Source: Antedon mediterranea (taxonomy: Eukaryota > Animalia > Echinodermata). Taken from it: a stretch of DNA of 64,000 bases. The notes below the pieces were generated by a model. The model was not told where the DNA came from, searched no databases, and was given only the letters and a program-made list of their open reading frames with translations. Shown one piece after another: positions 22,345 to 35,650 of this stretch. Each line of letters opens with the position of its first letter. Within the stretch, counting starts at the first letter, position 1. The stretch spans positions 24,197,365 through 24,261,364 of the forward strand of contig NC_092678.1 of NCBI RefSeq assembly GCF_964355755.1, read 5' to 3'. A program made the position numbers and the translations under genes.

Positions 22345-25247
22345 TCACAAAAATATATAGCAAAACACAGTTGATAAATAAGTGGATTCATCACCGTAAG
22401 TGACAATTTGGACCATTGGTGGACTTCCGGGATTGCACTTCGGTCTCGGATGTGTTATAGGGAGTATTACCACACCCTTAGCAACCCACCCATAATTACA
22501 GCTGTCATAGCCCATCGCCCAAGCCGCTTCAACTTCCTCCAGTGTAGCCATTCTTCCCCCATGAGTGGAACAAAGCTCTTCTGCCGCGTAAAAATTTAAG
22601 GAGTAGCGCGAGTCGCCTCGTCCGTTCATTACACGGTGATCAGGGAACGGATCAGTATCCGGAACCGTCTGATTTTTAGCGGGGACAATGCAAAAACCAA
22701 AATGTTCGATATTGGTTTGTAAGTTATATAGGCGAAATTCGTCACTTCTGGGGTAATGCCAAAATTCTGGAGGCTTGTTTCCGACACAAGCGTTGCCAAC
22801 CAAGAAGTTTAAATGCCACCCCTCCTCACAAAGATCAACTCCATTGGTCACTGTACTATTATAAACTTCACTCGGTGTCGCAAGGCGGCCGCTAAATGTT
22901 GAGTTGCAGCACGTATCTGCGTCTTCTGGACTCAGTCTTCTTGAACTGTTAGCAGTTAGTCGAATAATTCGTTGATTATCTGGTAAATAATCTAGCGAAT
23001 CATCCTTATCTTCCCTGTTGCAGTAGACATTAGCCAGATATTCCTTGCAAGGAAACACATTGCTGTGCTCTTCTGGTGATCTCGGCGTGCACTCATCTGT
23101 GGGTTCAGTGAAGGCGATCTCACCACTTTGAAGCCAGCCTTCTTCGCAGCAGTTGTTCTCCATACCTGATTGAAACGCGTTGTACAGTTGTTCGTAGGAT
23201 AACAGTGAGCCCATGTTACTTACACACACTTTCTTTGCATTGCTGTAGTTATCTACAGGTGGCATTAAAGCTATTCCGTCTAGATTTTTGAGAAAAAAAA
23301 GTCAAATATAATATATAGCTAACATAAATAAATTGACATACAGGCCTATCTTTCGGCCGGTTGTCAACCCATGACTATATCACCGTCATCGTACTAGACT
23401 GCATCAGTGCCATTCATATAAGACCAGGTCATCTACCCGGAAACATTTTATTTATGAAAAGTACACTACAGCCTTCAGGAAAAATTCTTTCATTTTTAAC
23501 GGACCATTTTTATGGAATAAAATTATTACCTACCTTACTTTCATTTTTAAAAAAATGCAAACAATACTTAATCCATCAATATTCTTTAGATAGTTAATAA
23601 ATTTGTTACTATGTGAATTTATTCCTTACTTTTCCTTGTATTCATATTCAATCAAATCTGTTTGGCTTTTTTGTTCCTTTTTTTAGAAAGCAATTTTTCG
23701 TTACCATGTACTATGTGATGTATTTTGGAACTCAGCCTTAAAGCCTTTTTTGGCTTACTTGAGTCTCCTCACATAAACAAATAACTACCCAGGTTTTTTA
23801 AATTCTTTTTTTTTCTTTGTCTTGTCATATTTTATGTGGAACAATAAAATGAAATGAATGAAATTTTAGCGGAGTATTTTTGATTGCTTGAGTATTATTC
23901 TTTGTTTTTTTTACACAAATTTCATAAAATATATAAAAAGAAGAAATAAGGTACAATAAAGTGTGAAAAACAACTACAACCATTTTAAATTAAGGGTGCC
24001 ACAGATTAAAAGCAAAGGCTGACTGTGAGTCTTCTGGTGGATATCTTGTCAGTCTTCTCACCAATGATGAATTGAAAACAGTCCTCGACTACGTTAATAC
24101 CATTTATGGAGCAGGAGATTACGTTACCGGATTATCACGTCAGGTGGGATTAGATAGAAATATAGATACAAATTGGAAGTCGGAAGCAGGACAAGAGTTT
24201 GGTTCTAATATTGAGTGGCATCCTAAGGATCCTGATACTGATGTCGCTATTACAGCTGGCATGAGAATTCATACTACTGATATGGTTTTGATGGACACAC
24301 CAGCAGATGGTAGTATAAACTCAAATTCAGATGGGTACATATGTGTGAACAGAGTAAGTAAGATTATTACTACTACTATTACTTGTTGCCGTTTATATTT
24401 ATCTATAAATTGTATCATTTAGGGTAGGCCTAACTACAATGCTTTTAATCTGTGGCACCCTTAATTTAAAATATAAATTTACAAAAATAATTACAAAAAA
24501 TTCATAGGAACATTACAAAAATGGAAAAAAATATAATGTATTGTCTTTACTTACATTTCTTTAGATCACCGTCATCGATTATCTGTAAAGTATTAACATA
24601 CACAATTAGAATCTTTATACCTTTAAACTGTTATTGTCTTTTAGCGCCTCATCGTACCTCAACGTTCGGACACGTGCGCGCTGCTAACGAATTAAGATGT
24701 GACTAATTATATTATTGTACATCTACTAATCTATGTTTAGAGAAAATAAAAAGTAATCGTCATTTTGTAATGAATAAAAAGGATGTATGAAGTTTTTGTG
24801 TGAAAAATGGCTTATCGTGTATCGCGTTGTTTTAAACACCACTACACAGTACATTAAGCATGTACGTACGTGCGCGCGCACGTATGCGCTTACCAAGAAT
24901 ATAATTATATTTTAGAGGGATGTTCATAGCGCGCGTATTAAAGCCAACATTAACCCTACCTTTTCCATATAGTCAAACGATGAGTTATGAACAACATACC
25001 CATCGGTCCGCGTCTGTTTGCTGATTTGACACACCCTGTCGCGCTCATTGTAGTTGACAGAAAAACAAAACATTTTCTGAGAGCAAAACAGTAAACATTG
25101 GATACGGTTCATTCTGTCAAACTGTTTACTCCAACCGTACATCATAGTATGGTTTAAAACAACATACGTTTCTGATGTTGCTGTAACAGAAAAACTTTCT
25201 TTACAACACAGTACAAGTAATCCTATCACTATTGTGATGAAAATCAT
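22345..25247 (-). CDS. Secreted protein: signal peptide + PAN/apple-like domain + three Link (Xlink) modules, ~416 aa
   Basis: Exons 25247-24960, 24582-24555 (28 nt) and 23279-22345 splice GT-AG in frame. Hydrophobic N-terminus; CLLFCSQKMFCFSVNYNERDRVCQI is PAN-like. RYSLNFYAAEELCSTHGGRMATLEEVEAAWAMGYDSCNYGW...PITHPRPKC...VFCY is a canonical Link module, preceded by two divergent ones. Confidence 0.85.
23365..23865 (+). mobile_element. 5'-truncated L2/Crack-like LINE 3' end
   Basis: Frameshifted ORF2 C-terminal motifs HRHRTR, KNSFIFNGPFLWN and KKCKQYLI, then a 3' UTR ending in AATAAAATGAAATGAATGAAA. Confidence 0.65.
24012..24353 (+). pseudogene. C-type lectin-like exon fragment enclosed by 33-bp inverted repeats
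   Basis: AKADCESSGGYLVSLLTNDELKTVLDYV...TGL...WK...WHPKDPD...DGYIC, followed by a GTAAGT donor at 24354. No convincing upstream acceptor. Confidence 0.7.
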
Positions 25248-26283
25248 TTCTGAAAAACAGGTTATTCGTCTTCGATTTCTAGTTCCACACTAAATACACA
25301 ACATTAAGTTCTTTATATTTAAATTGTGCGTATCGATCGGATGCGTAGTTGATTAAAAAATGGATGAACAATAGCAACAATTTATTTACTACGACATGTC
25401 ATACCACGCACACATATATTGATTTATTATTATGCGTTGTTGATTTAAATATTTTTTTCAATTTAAAACTATGTGATCTGAGTCAAAAGAATAGACAGAT
25501 GTAACTGTTTAATACAGTATGATGAAGAAATTTAGAAAGATTATCTTAAAACTTATGTCATAGGCGGCGCAATTTGCAATCTCTTTGTAGAACTTCTTCG
25601 TCACACATGATTAAGCACACCGCGTGGCTTCTTGCGGAGGACACACGCAAAACAACCGTGTGTGTGAAAAGGGTAGGCCTACTAAATACTACTACTACTA
25701 CTACTATTACTCTAGGGCATAGATAAACAATATCGTATTTAAACCATATTTTATGACATTATTAATTCATTTTTTTCATGCAAATCTCGTGACTTTTTTA
25801 GGCCTAAAATTCAACTAAAAGAAGGCCCTCTATTAGTATTTTAGTATTATTATTAGGCCAGGCTAAAATAAGCTAGCCTAGACTACTAGGCCTAGCTAGC
25901 TAGGTAGGAGGTCCTTAACTTACTATTCAATCTAGTCTCTACATTCACATGAGGGGCTAGCAAGGTTGGACCTAACCTAACTAGGAGGCGTACCACCATA
26001 CTTTAGCCTAGAGCCAGTTAAGCAGTCAGATATGGTCAGAATGTAATAAACTAGCAACATGATAATATTCCCAATATCTGTATTGAATAGTTGCCCTAAA
26101 TTAAATTTTAATAATGATGAATTGGAGAATATTAACTTGTTCTTAAGTGTTTAACTTTTTTTATGTTTAATTACAGATCCAATAATTATCTGTTACAAAA
26201 TGTAAGACTGTTAATACTAGGAAAGAAGACTACATCAGAAAGTATTTTTGTGGTAACTGTCTACTACTAGTACTATATTAATT

Positions 26284-29200
26284 ATGGAAGAGGACAGTAG
26301 CACTGATGTAAGTATCTATTTACTGTCAATATCTTAAAAAAAAGAATTAAGAAAAGTATTATGACACACAACAACCAAAATAGTTATACTTCCACAGAAT
26401 TTCAAATTTCAAGGTCTAATTCCCACTAATAATATTATTTGGCAGTAGCCTTCACGACCATTGTCGTAGAATGACATTTATATTTTCAGGCTTCTGATCC
26501 TGTTTTTGGAAACAACATTCTCATTATCCATCCTGGATCTTATTGGATAAGAATTGGCCGAGCCACTGATGCATATCCTGTGTCAGTTCCTCATGTCGTT
26601 GCTAGGAAACCAAAGCAGAATTGTGATAGCAAATATGAAGATAAACTAATAAGATCTACGACGAGTGTAAGTAAAGTTTGATAACCCTTTCACATCAAAC
26701 TTCATGGTGATCTCTGAAGACACCCCAGGGATTGTGACCATTCAAAATGTTAAGAAACTCCAGAGAGACACCATTCACATTAACCTAGTATATAATTGTA
26801 AAAAAAATTCAAAAATTATTAATAGTAAAATTATATTTTTAAAATACAAAAACCATTCATTGTTGAAATATCATTATTATATTAATTATTAACTGTTTAT
26901 TTGATAGCATCCCAATAGCAACAATCAAAAGCAACATGCACTTAAGATGGTACAGCAAGCAATATGGGCAAAGAAGACATCGTCAGGACAAAGGAGGCAG
27001 AGTGTTGCACTAACAGAGGTAAGTTATCATCCCAAGCTTCCTAAAAGACAAAACTTTCATGTACATTATGTATAATTTGTTGTATGTGGAAAATATACAC
27101 TTGAATTGAAGCTTGTTTTTTAAAATTTCATAAACACTCAACCTCTTTACAGTATACTCGCTACTACTGTAAATTCTTATATATTAAACGGCCGAATAAA
27201 AACTATTAAAACTCAATAACATTGTATTGCATATATATATATTTTCATCATTTATCTTGATGTTAATTTTATTTGTTTGTTTTGATGTATTAAATAATTT
27301 GAATATGAATATATCATTGCGTGTATTTGTAGTGCAACCCATAAACAAAAAAATGTATATTTTCGATTAGAGATTGTTAGTTATACTTTACTGAAACGTG
27401 TTTTAAATAATCTTACGCGGAATGCGTAAGCATGTCTATAATAGATATAGCTGACAATGCATGTTTATGAATGTCCCAAATGTTTTCTATCAGTTAAAAT
27501 ACATCTAAAGGTCAGGCTTACAAAAACAGTAATGCATTTTGGTGCACCTTTCTTGACATGTTCCCCACATGTACAATTATTAACTGACAAATCCACAACA
27601 ACACTGTCTAATGCTTAGAGATGGGGTCAAGGGTCATCCTCATGGGTAATGTGTACCCTTACCAGTTTTCATATCTTGATTCAATTTATAGCATTTTTCT
27701 ATTGGCAGGTCATCAACCACAATGATGAGGTCAAACCACAGCCACTAGATGAAAATTCAGGACTGACTTGGACACCGACCAATCACCAATCAGATTGTTT
27801 CATTGGAGAAGAGGTTTGTATACTCATAATATAATAAACTGTTATACACAATTTGTGCCTAAAAGGCTTTGGAAACTTTTACTTATATTTCCTTGGATTT
27901 GAGTAACTAAACGTTATACTGTGCTTTAAATTTTAATACACAGATTATATAAAAAGAACTTGTATTGTATTTGTTGTTATTTTAGGCTTTGTATTTAGAC
28001 CCGAATGAAGAATATCATATCCATTGGCCAATCAGGCAAGGAAGATTTAACATTCATTCTGGAATTGGGGGCAGTATAACAGCTGTGTTACAAGATATGG
28101 AGACAATATGGAGTAAAGTGATTGAAACCAAGCTTGACATCCCTGTCAAAGACCTTAAGGTACATTCAAGTGAAATTAACAACCATTAAACAACACATTA
28201 CTGTACATTAGATAACTGTAGTATTGTATATTGTACACTACTATACTAATTCAAGATTCCAGAAATTTTATTGGTCCACTTTAAAATGGAAATTCATTTT
28301 GCTTGGCATAATTAAGACAATAAAACAACAGAGAAAAATACATCAAAAGGCAATGTTAAAATACTATTTATATATTTAATAAACAATGCTCTCTGCTCTC
28401 TTTCTCCAATACAGAGTTATAAAGTTATCTTACTGATTCCTGATATATATCATCGACCGCATGTCAAAGAATTAATGAATTTGCTGCTGATACGGCTTGG
28501 ATTTGGGTCAGCCATCGTCCATCAGGTTCGTACTACAGATCCTTTAGAACTTAGGCTTTTATGAGAGAACTTGCCATACACACTTGTCTACACTATCAAA
28601 CTAGTTTGACAAAAGAAAAGTTGGATGTGCCAAAATATAATAGTGATATGCCAAAATATGGTAGTGATATGACATTTTTTTGTCACAAAGTTTGATAGTG
28701 TAGACAGAAATTTATTAAAAGTTGTAACATATTTACAGGAGTCTGTATGTGCATTGTACGGCAGTGGGATACCAAGTGCTTGTGTTGTAGATGTTGGGGA
28801 TCAAAAGACAAGTGTTAGCTGCGTAGAAGATGGACTTTCCAATCGCAATTCAAGGTCAGTAATCGACCTTTAACCTAGTTTTAATATTCATCGATTTAAA
28901 AACATTGTAAATATCCTATATGAAAAGCAATTCTTTCCTTTGTAGAAATGATTATATTTCTACTTTTCATCATCACTTTTTAGACTATGCATGGGTTATG
29001 GTGGAGGAGATGTTACACGGTGCTTCACATCACTTCTCCAGAGGGCGCACATGCCATATCGAGAATGTCAGATGGAGAAAACGATGGATGCATTGTTGCT
29101 TGTTGAGCTTAAAGAAACTTTTTGTCATTTAGATCAAGTACGTTGAGTTGAAACTTTTTAATGAAAATATACAAATACTTTTATTTATTTATTATTTATT

Positions 29201-30703
29201 TAAACTGGGTGATCGCTTCAGTCAAAGACTGGTCTCCCAGAAGGCCCAGTTATGATCAGTGGCTGTGATGTACTAATACACCGGGGTAACCCCCCTACTC
29301 GTCTCGAAAGATGTACTAGGTTCTTTAAAGTGCACATAAGCTAGATAATAAAGGTATCTTGTGTTCATAAGGCTGGTATCTTTTCTCTATTTATAAGGAT
29401 CTGGATGGAATCCAACTATTAGATTTTCATGTACGTAATCCTAACAGCTCGACTATCATGTACCAGTTGAAGCTAGGGGACGAGACACTGCAGGCCCCCA
29501 TGGGTCTGTTTTACCCTCAGTTATTTGGCATCGTAGGCGAGAAGATGGTTAAGACACAGCAACGGAATCAAGGAGATTCGGAAGATATTCATGATGAAAA
29601 CTATCTATTACAAACTCAGCAACAGGTTGGTTGTTTTATTTTGACCCTAACATCCATTCATAGAGACTAACTTAACTTTCTTAATAGAAACTAAACTAAT
29701 TTTTGTATATAATATTTTATTCTCTTTATGTGTATTTTATCTTGTTTTTAATGTTTTTTTTTTATATTTTTATAATTGTATTTTGTAGTTTGTTGTATTG
29801 GTTGTGGACACTCACATGTTATGGTGCTGTTGTAACCCCTTGACTGGTTGTGTTCCATGTGTTGATTTATTTGTGCATTAATAACTTATTTTTTTTATAG
29901 GCCGCAAAAGCAAAAGCCTTAGAGAAAGCTGGTGCAGAAAATAACAGTAATGTTGAAGGAGCCGCCAATACACACAGAAATACCTCACCAACTAACCACC
30001 ACACCGAGGTGATTCCCACCGAAGCGCCACCACCAACGATATCAAGACGCATTTCAACGTCACAATCACTGGATAAGCCTCTGGGTATAGACCAGGCTAT
30101 ACTACATAGTATTGATTGTTGCTGTACGTTTTATTTCATAAGTCCGTTTTAGTGGGATATATACTGTTAATTTTTATAAAGTCATCTCTAAACCTCTGTC
30201 TACACTATCAAATGTGATGTGCCCCTTATACACTACTATATTTGGACACATCACACTACTGTAGTTTGCTATAATAAAAATTACAATTATTTTCATGATT
30301 CAGCTTCAGAAGAGACAAAGAAGAAAATGTATAGTTGTATTCTAGTCGTTGGTGGTGGTCTTGGATTATTCCAGGGGGCGGTAGACATGCTTCAATATCG
30401 TATTCAAAGTAAAATGCCACCATCTTTCAGAGCCGTCGTTGATAAGGTTGAAGTCATCTGTAAATCAAAGGTATCGGATTGTACTTATGTTTCTCATCAT
30501 AAATACCATTAATAATTAAGTACAGTTAACAGATTAATTTTCTATTGATTTCATTTTAGGATATGGACCCCAGACTCACAGTTTGGAAGGGCGGTGCTGT
30601 ACTGAGTTGCCTTGATACAGCTCAAGAACTTTGGATAAAACAGAAAGAATGGAAATCAATGGGACTAAAGGTGCTAAGAGAACGGTCACCCTTTGTATGG
30701 TAA
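26284..30703 (+). CDS. ACTR8: Actin-related protein 8 (INO80 complex subunit)
   Basis: Exons 26284-26307, 26490-26666, 26908-27018, 27709-27813, 27986-28159, 28415-28525, 28739-28854, 28984-29137, 29398-29625, 29901-30123, 30304-30470, 30560-30703. Motifs IIHPGS..IRIGRATD, HWPIRQGRFNIH, VVDVGDQKTSVSCVEDG, KKKMYSCILVVGGG, LRERSPFVW*. Confidence 0.95.
29181..29337 (-). mobile_element. SINE 3' portion with a Deu/Nin-domain-like core and (AAAT)n tail
   Basis: Reverse strand reads GTGCACTTTAAAGAACCTAG...TTTCGAGACGAGTAGGGG, resembling the conserved Deu/Nin SINE core as recalled. A related fragment is at ~6650-6725. Confidence 0.55.
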
Positions 30704-31733
30704 ACATAGACACTTTGAAACAAGTGAGAAAGACCATAATATAGTTGAGCCATTTGCTGTAGGCCCTGCTTGCACAAACTGTTACATATACAGTTTATAA
30801 ATCCAAAGGCAAATTACTGAAAAAAATGACAATGCTGTTGGTATCAGTGGCTGGATCTCAATGGAGATACAAAAAAAAAAGCGAAAAGCTAAATCAAAAC
30901 GATAAGTAAAACAGCCAGAAAATTTAGCAGAGCTTTCGGGCAACACTAGCCCTTCATCAGTGCAAGTGAAGGAATTTGGATAACGTCATAGTATAAGAAC
31001 TGGCAAGTGCTGCCTGGGTGGACAGGCTAGGAATAAAAAAAAGAATACAACAAAAGGAGGCAGGGTTGAGTCTGAATAAGATATAATCAATTTTGGAATA
31101 TTTACTTGAAATAAAATAAGTCATCAATTGGAAGAAAAAATAGATTATATTATTTACAGTTCTCAAGCAAGCAGATGTTTATTGTGAATGAAATAAACAA
31201 TAAACTACTATGCTCCTTTTGAAATTATATTTCTTAAAAAATTTGGCACACAACTACATTTTATTGATAGCATGGATTAAAGTTTTTCGGTTCAGTAAAA
31301 AAACTTAAGTTAAACTTAAACCCACCAATAACCCAAATCAGGGAGGAGCGATTCATTCGCCAAACATCACAATGAAATTGACTAATAATAGTTCATTCTT
31401 ATATAGCGTATATAAGCAAGGTCTCAATGCGCTGCACATAAATTAAAATAGACGATGGCAATAATTTAAATTAAGGAAAAACTAAGACTAAGTGACAAAG
31501 ATATATACAGTGTAATATTAAATAATTCACTTTTTGAAAACATCGAACTTATGGGTTTGTTGCCACTTGGCGTCTAAATGCAGGGTGTTATAGAGCAGCT
31601 GATTCTTTAAATTTCATTACAAATGTAGTAATAAACAATAGAAATGAATTCTCTCAGCGTAAGCTAACAACAGTCGACTTTGTCTAATCTGACATTAATA
31701 CTACCATCGGAGATCTGAAATGTTTCTTATTCA

Positions 31734-33662
31734 TTAACTAAAGTATTTTGTTTCACCATGCTTTAAGGTGAAGAAGTCTTCCTCACTAAGCCCCTGCTTC
31801 ACCAGCTCTTCCTCAAGTTTTGTCTTTGGTTCCATATAATGCTATGGAGAGAAAGAGGATGAAATGTAAGTGAAAACTTGTATCAAGTTGTATCTAAATT
31901 TACTATTTTATTTTGATACCAGACCATGAGCAATTTTAAGGAAAGGGTATACGTGTGTATCAGTGGGATGATCATGAATAACAGCTCTACAATTTTCATC
32001 CTGTGTTTGTGTAAAAAGGAAACTTAGAAAATAAGTAGAATATTGTTGCTTACTTCTGTTGTTAGTACAAATGTTCCCCAATGGATCCCAACGGTCTTTT
32101 TGGATTCAACGTCTTGATGGATCTTGACAGCTTCTTCTGGATTCACATGCTGTGGTCCCATAAACCATCTGAAAATAGAATTGAATACATATCATAATTG
32201 AGAACTACAGTATTACACAGAATGCCTGAGTGATGAAGAGAAGACACTTGACAAAGGGCTTCTTCCTCTAGACTATGATATCACAGTGTAAAGAGCTCTA
32301 TCCAAATCTAATAAGTCTATGCACGCACTGCCCAAGAATCGAACTGATTGGAAAAGTCTTGTTAAGTGCAGAAGGCATACTGCATTTATTATGATGCACT
32401 TATTAAAGATGAAGTATGAGAACACTTACCTAGGTTCATACGCTCCAATAGGGATGGCAGAAAGGTCAAAAGGACCATATCGTTTTCCAATTTCTTGAAA
32501 TGCTTCGCAGTAACCTGTATCTCCTGCGAAGAAAAAGCTGCGGTTCGGTCCAAAAACGCACCAGCTTCCCCATAAATGTGAACCAGAGTCGTGCAGTCCT
32601 CGGTTACTCCAATGTTGAGTCGGAGTAAACACGAACTTGACGTTGTCATGATTGGGCAGAACTTCTTCGTCCCACCAGTTAAGTTCCACCACGTCGGTTA
32701 CTCCGACGCTCTCAAACCATTTCCGTAAACCCTTGGGTACAAACCATCTCAGGTTTGACCCGTACTTTCGGTTAAGGTCAACGACCGTGTGTTTATCAAG
32801 ATGGTCGTAGTGCGCATGACTTATAACCACTGCGTCAATGTGTGGTAATTCCTGCACGGTACATGGAGCTGGTCGGTAGCGTTTAGGACCAGCAAATGAA
32901 AATGGACTGCATCTGTTGCTAAATACCGGATCAGTTAGTACGCTTATTCCATCAAACCTGGCAAGTACAGAGGCGTGTCCAATCCATGTTACAGCTATGC
33001 CATCGTCCGGTGGTGAAGTCCAGTCTGGTGTGACCACAGGCAAGTTTTCGTCCAACTCCTGCATAGAAATAAAATGATAAACTTATACACATTATTTTAT
33101 ACACATTATTTTATACAATTGTCGGTTATCTATAAGATACATCCCTTCTTCCGACCGTCATTGGCATGAAGGTGCAAGGTCAATAGATTCATAATTACGC
33201 GGTTGATTGTATAGTGGCGGCGTACAAAAGAGGAAGTTATGACGAGCTTCCGGTCATGTGCTTTGTGCGTTTATTATAGCGGCTCACATAAATATGTTAT
33301 AGGTACATGGTTTAAAGTTAATAAAATGCTAAATACAATAATGGAGTCTTTGGTAAACTGTGTTAATTCTGGTTTTCGTTTATATTTAACACTTTACATT
33401 GAGCGGCACATTTGCATGACATTTAAGGCATCACATAATATCTTGCCTCTTGGTCAGCAGGTTTTTTCATCAAGTTACGCTCCCCAAACATAAATGTTCT
33501 TTGCAGTTTAATAAAGTCTATTAAACCTGGAAATGTCCAAGACTTCCACGGGTTGACATAATTTTTAAAAACCGTTCGTTTAACTTTCGATGACGTCACT
33601 TCAGAGTCCATTCTATGATTCCATGACCCTTCAACAATCTTTGCAGGCTCTTTAGTTGCCAT
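31734..33662 (-). CDS. NAPEPLD: N-acyl-phosphatidylethanolamine-hydrolysing phospholipase D (metallo-beta-lactamase fold)
   Basis: Exons 33662-33447, 33058-32430, 32168-32054, 31841-31734. Motifs [64 protein letters not shown]. Confidence 0.95.
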
Positions 33663-35650
33663 TTTATTTTGAATATCTATAAAAAGTATTAGAAATATTA
33701 TTAAACAAATATGCCTATGTCTATGTAGAAAACAAATCGATCAATACGATGACGACCTTTATAGGCCTATATACTAATAAAAAGAAATTGTTTGTTTGTT
33801 TGTACTGCAGTGTGTATTGTTTTTAACCTATATGCAGTCATCATAATTGTATGATGACTTAGTTTCTGTGTTTTGTTTGTTTGTAACTGGTTTTTGGCAA
33901 TAAATAATAATAATAATAATTTAAAATCGCTGGAGCATGACGATACACCTAAAACAATGAACTGAGGTTATAACGATTTTATACGTAGAATATTTCTAAT
34001 TTATACAGTAATATCACTACATATATTTCATTTGTTATAATGAATTTAATGTTCAGAATGTCAGTGTTATGACACCATTATACTGTATGCATGCTCAACC
34101 AAAATAAATTACGCAGATTTAGATTAATTAAAAGCATTTAAATCTTTAGTAATCTCTCTTTCTATGACAGTGGTATATGTATTCGTAACATCCAATCTTT
34201 GTTTGGCTTCCAGGATGTAAGATTATTATAATTAGATAGTTGAGAATATTTGGTCTTTCAATTAAGATGAGATGATAACCTAACAATCGCCAGTAACTCA
34301 ATGAATATGATTATAGATAGGAACTGCACTATTAAATGACTGAAATTCTTCTTCCGTCTATCTCCCTCCAAAAATATATCAATATACTACAGTCACAGTA
34401 CGTTTATATAGATTAAATCTGATTCCTTTACCTACCTGAAACAGTTCCCGTTTCTCCTTGATGGTTACCTACAGTTTCCTCATTAGTTTCCATTAGGTCT
34501 CTATGATTCAAAAAGAGAAAATATGCTATTATATGACCACACAGACTTTGGTAGCAAATGGGGGAATCCCCATCTTGTTTATATAGCCTGTCGGATCGAT
34601 TTCCTAGATACTATACTATTTATTAACTATATGAGGATGGATTTAAGATACTTACTCTTTTCTCCTCTAAACGTACAGATAGCACGCTAAATTGCTTTTA
34701 TTTATACACAATTTATCAATCTATAAAATGCATGTCATCATATTGCACAGTCTGAGGTCGAGTGTATAAATTATGTAATCGATGCTGATGATAATCATAA
34801 AAGAGAAGCCTATAGAATTGAAACCATTCGAGCATGACGGTTCAACTGCACGACAGCAAAGAGACTACGAAATATATACAGTATGCCAGTTTTTCATAAA
34901 TTTTAGAAAAAAATTACCACGTTGCGATAGCTTCTGCAGAGACACCAATGTTGTTCACAACCAGCTTTCCCCAGGGTCCTGGAAGTGGTTGGGAGCGGCG
35001 TGGAGGGACAGTTGTGGGCGGGATGTAGGTTGGACTTGAAATAGGCGTATCTGATTGGCTGGATTTCTGGATGCCTCATTTCCTTTTTGATGATAGAGCC
35101 GCGATGATGCTGGTGGTGTGTGTGGTACGTTGATGGAAACTTGATGGCTGATTTTATACATGCTAAAATTTAAAAGGGTAATACATTATAATAACAAGTG
35201 AGTAGAAGAAGATGTATAAACAAACAATAAATTTGATTTAAGTTATTGCAATGGTACAAAATAAATATTCATGAGGAAATTGTTACCATCAGCATATGAC
35301 CTCCTGAACCCGACCTCCTACTACTACTAGGCCTACTAGGCCTACTACTACTACTAGGGCCTAGCTAGGCCTAGCTAGGCTAGGCTACTCCTATACTACT
35401 CTACTACCTAGTTGACCTGGTGGATCCAGGAGGTCTCCTAACCCAACTTCAACTAGGCTAGTGACTCTAAGTCTGGCCTATGTGGAAACATGGGGATGTT
35501 ATTGTTAGGCCTATAGTACAAAAGGTCAGATTCTTCATATCTGATTGAATTAAATAATTTAAATAATAATACATATTTTTTTTAAATTGAATAAACACAT
35601 TTTATTTTATCACAGATTAAATTTTACTCAACTCTCAATCAACAAGCATT

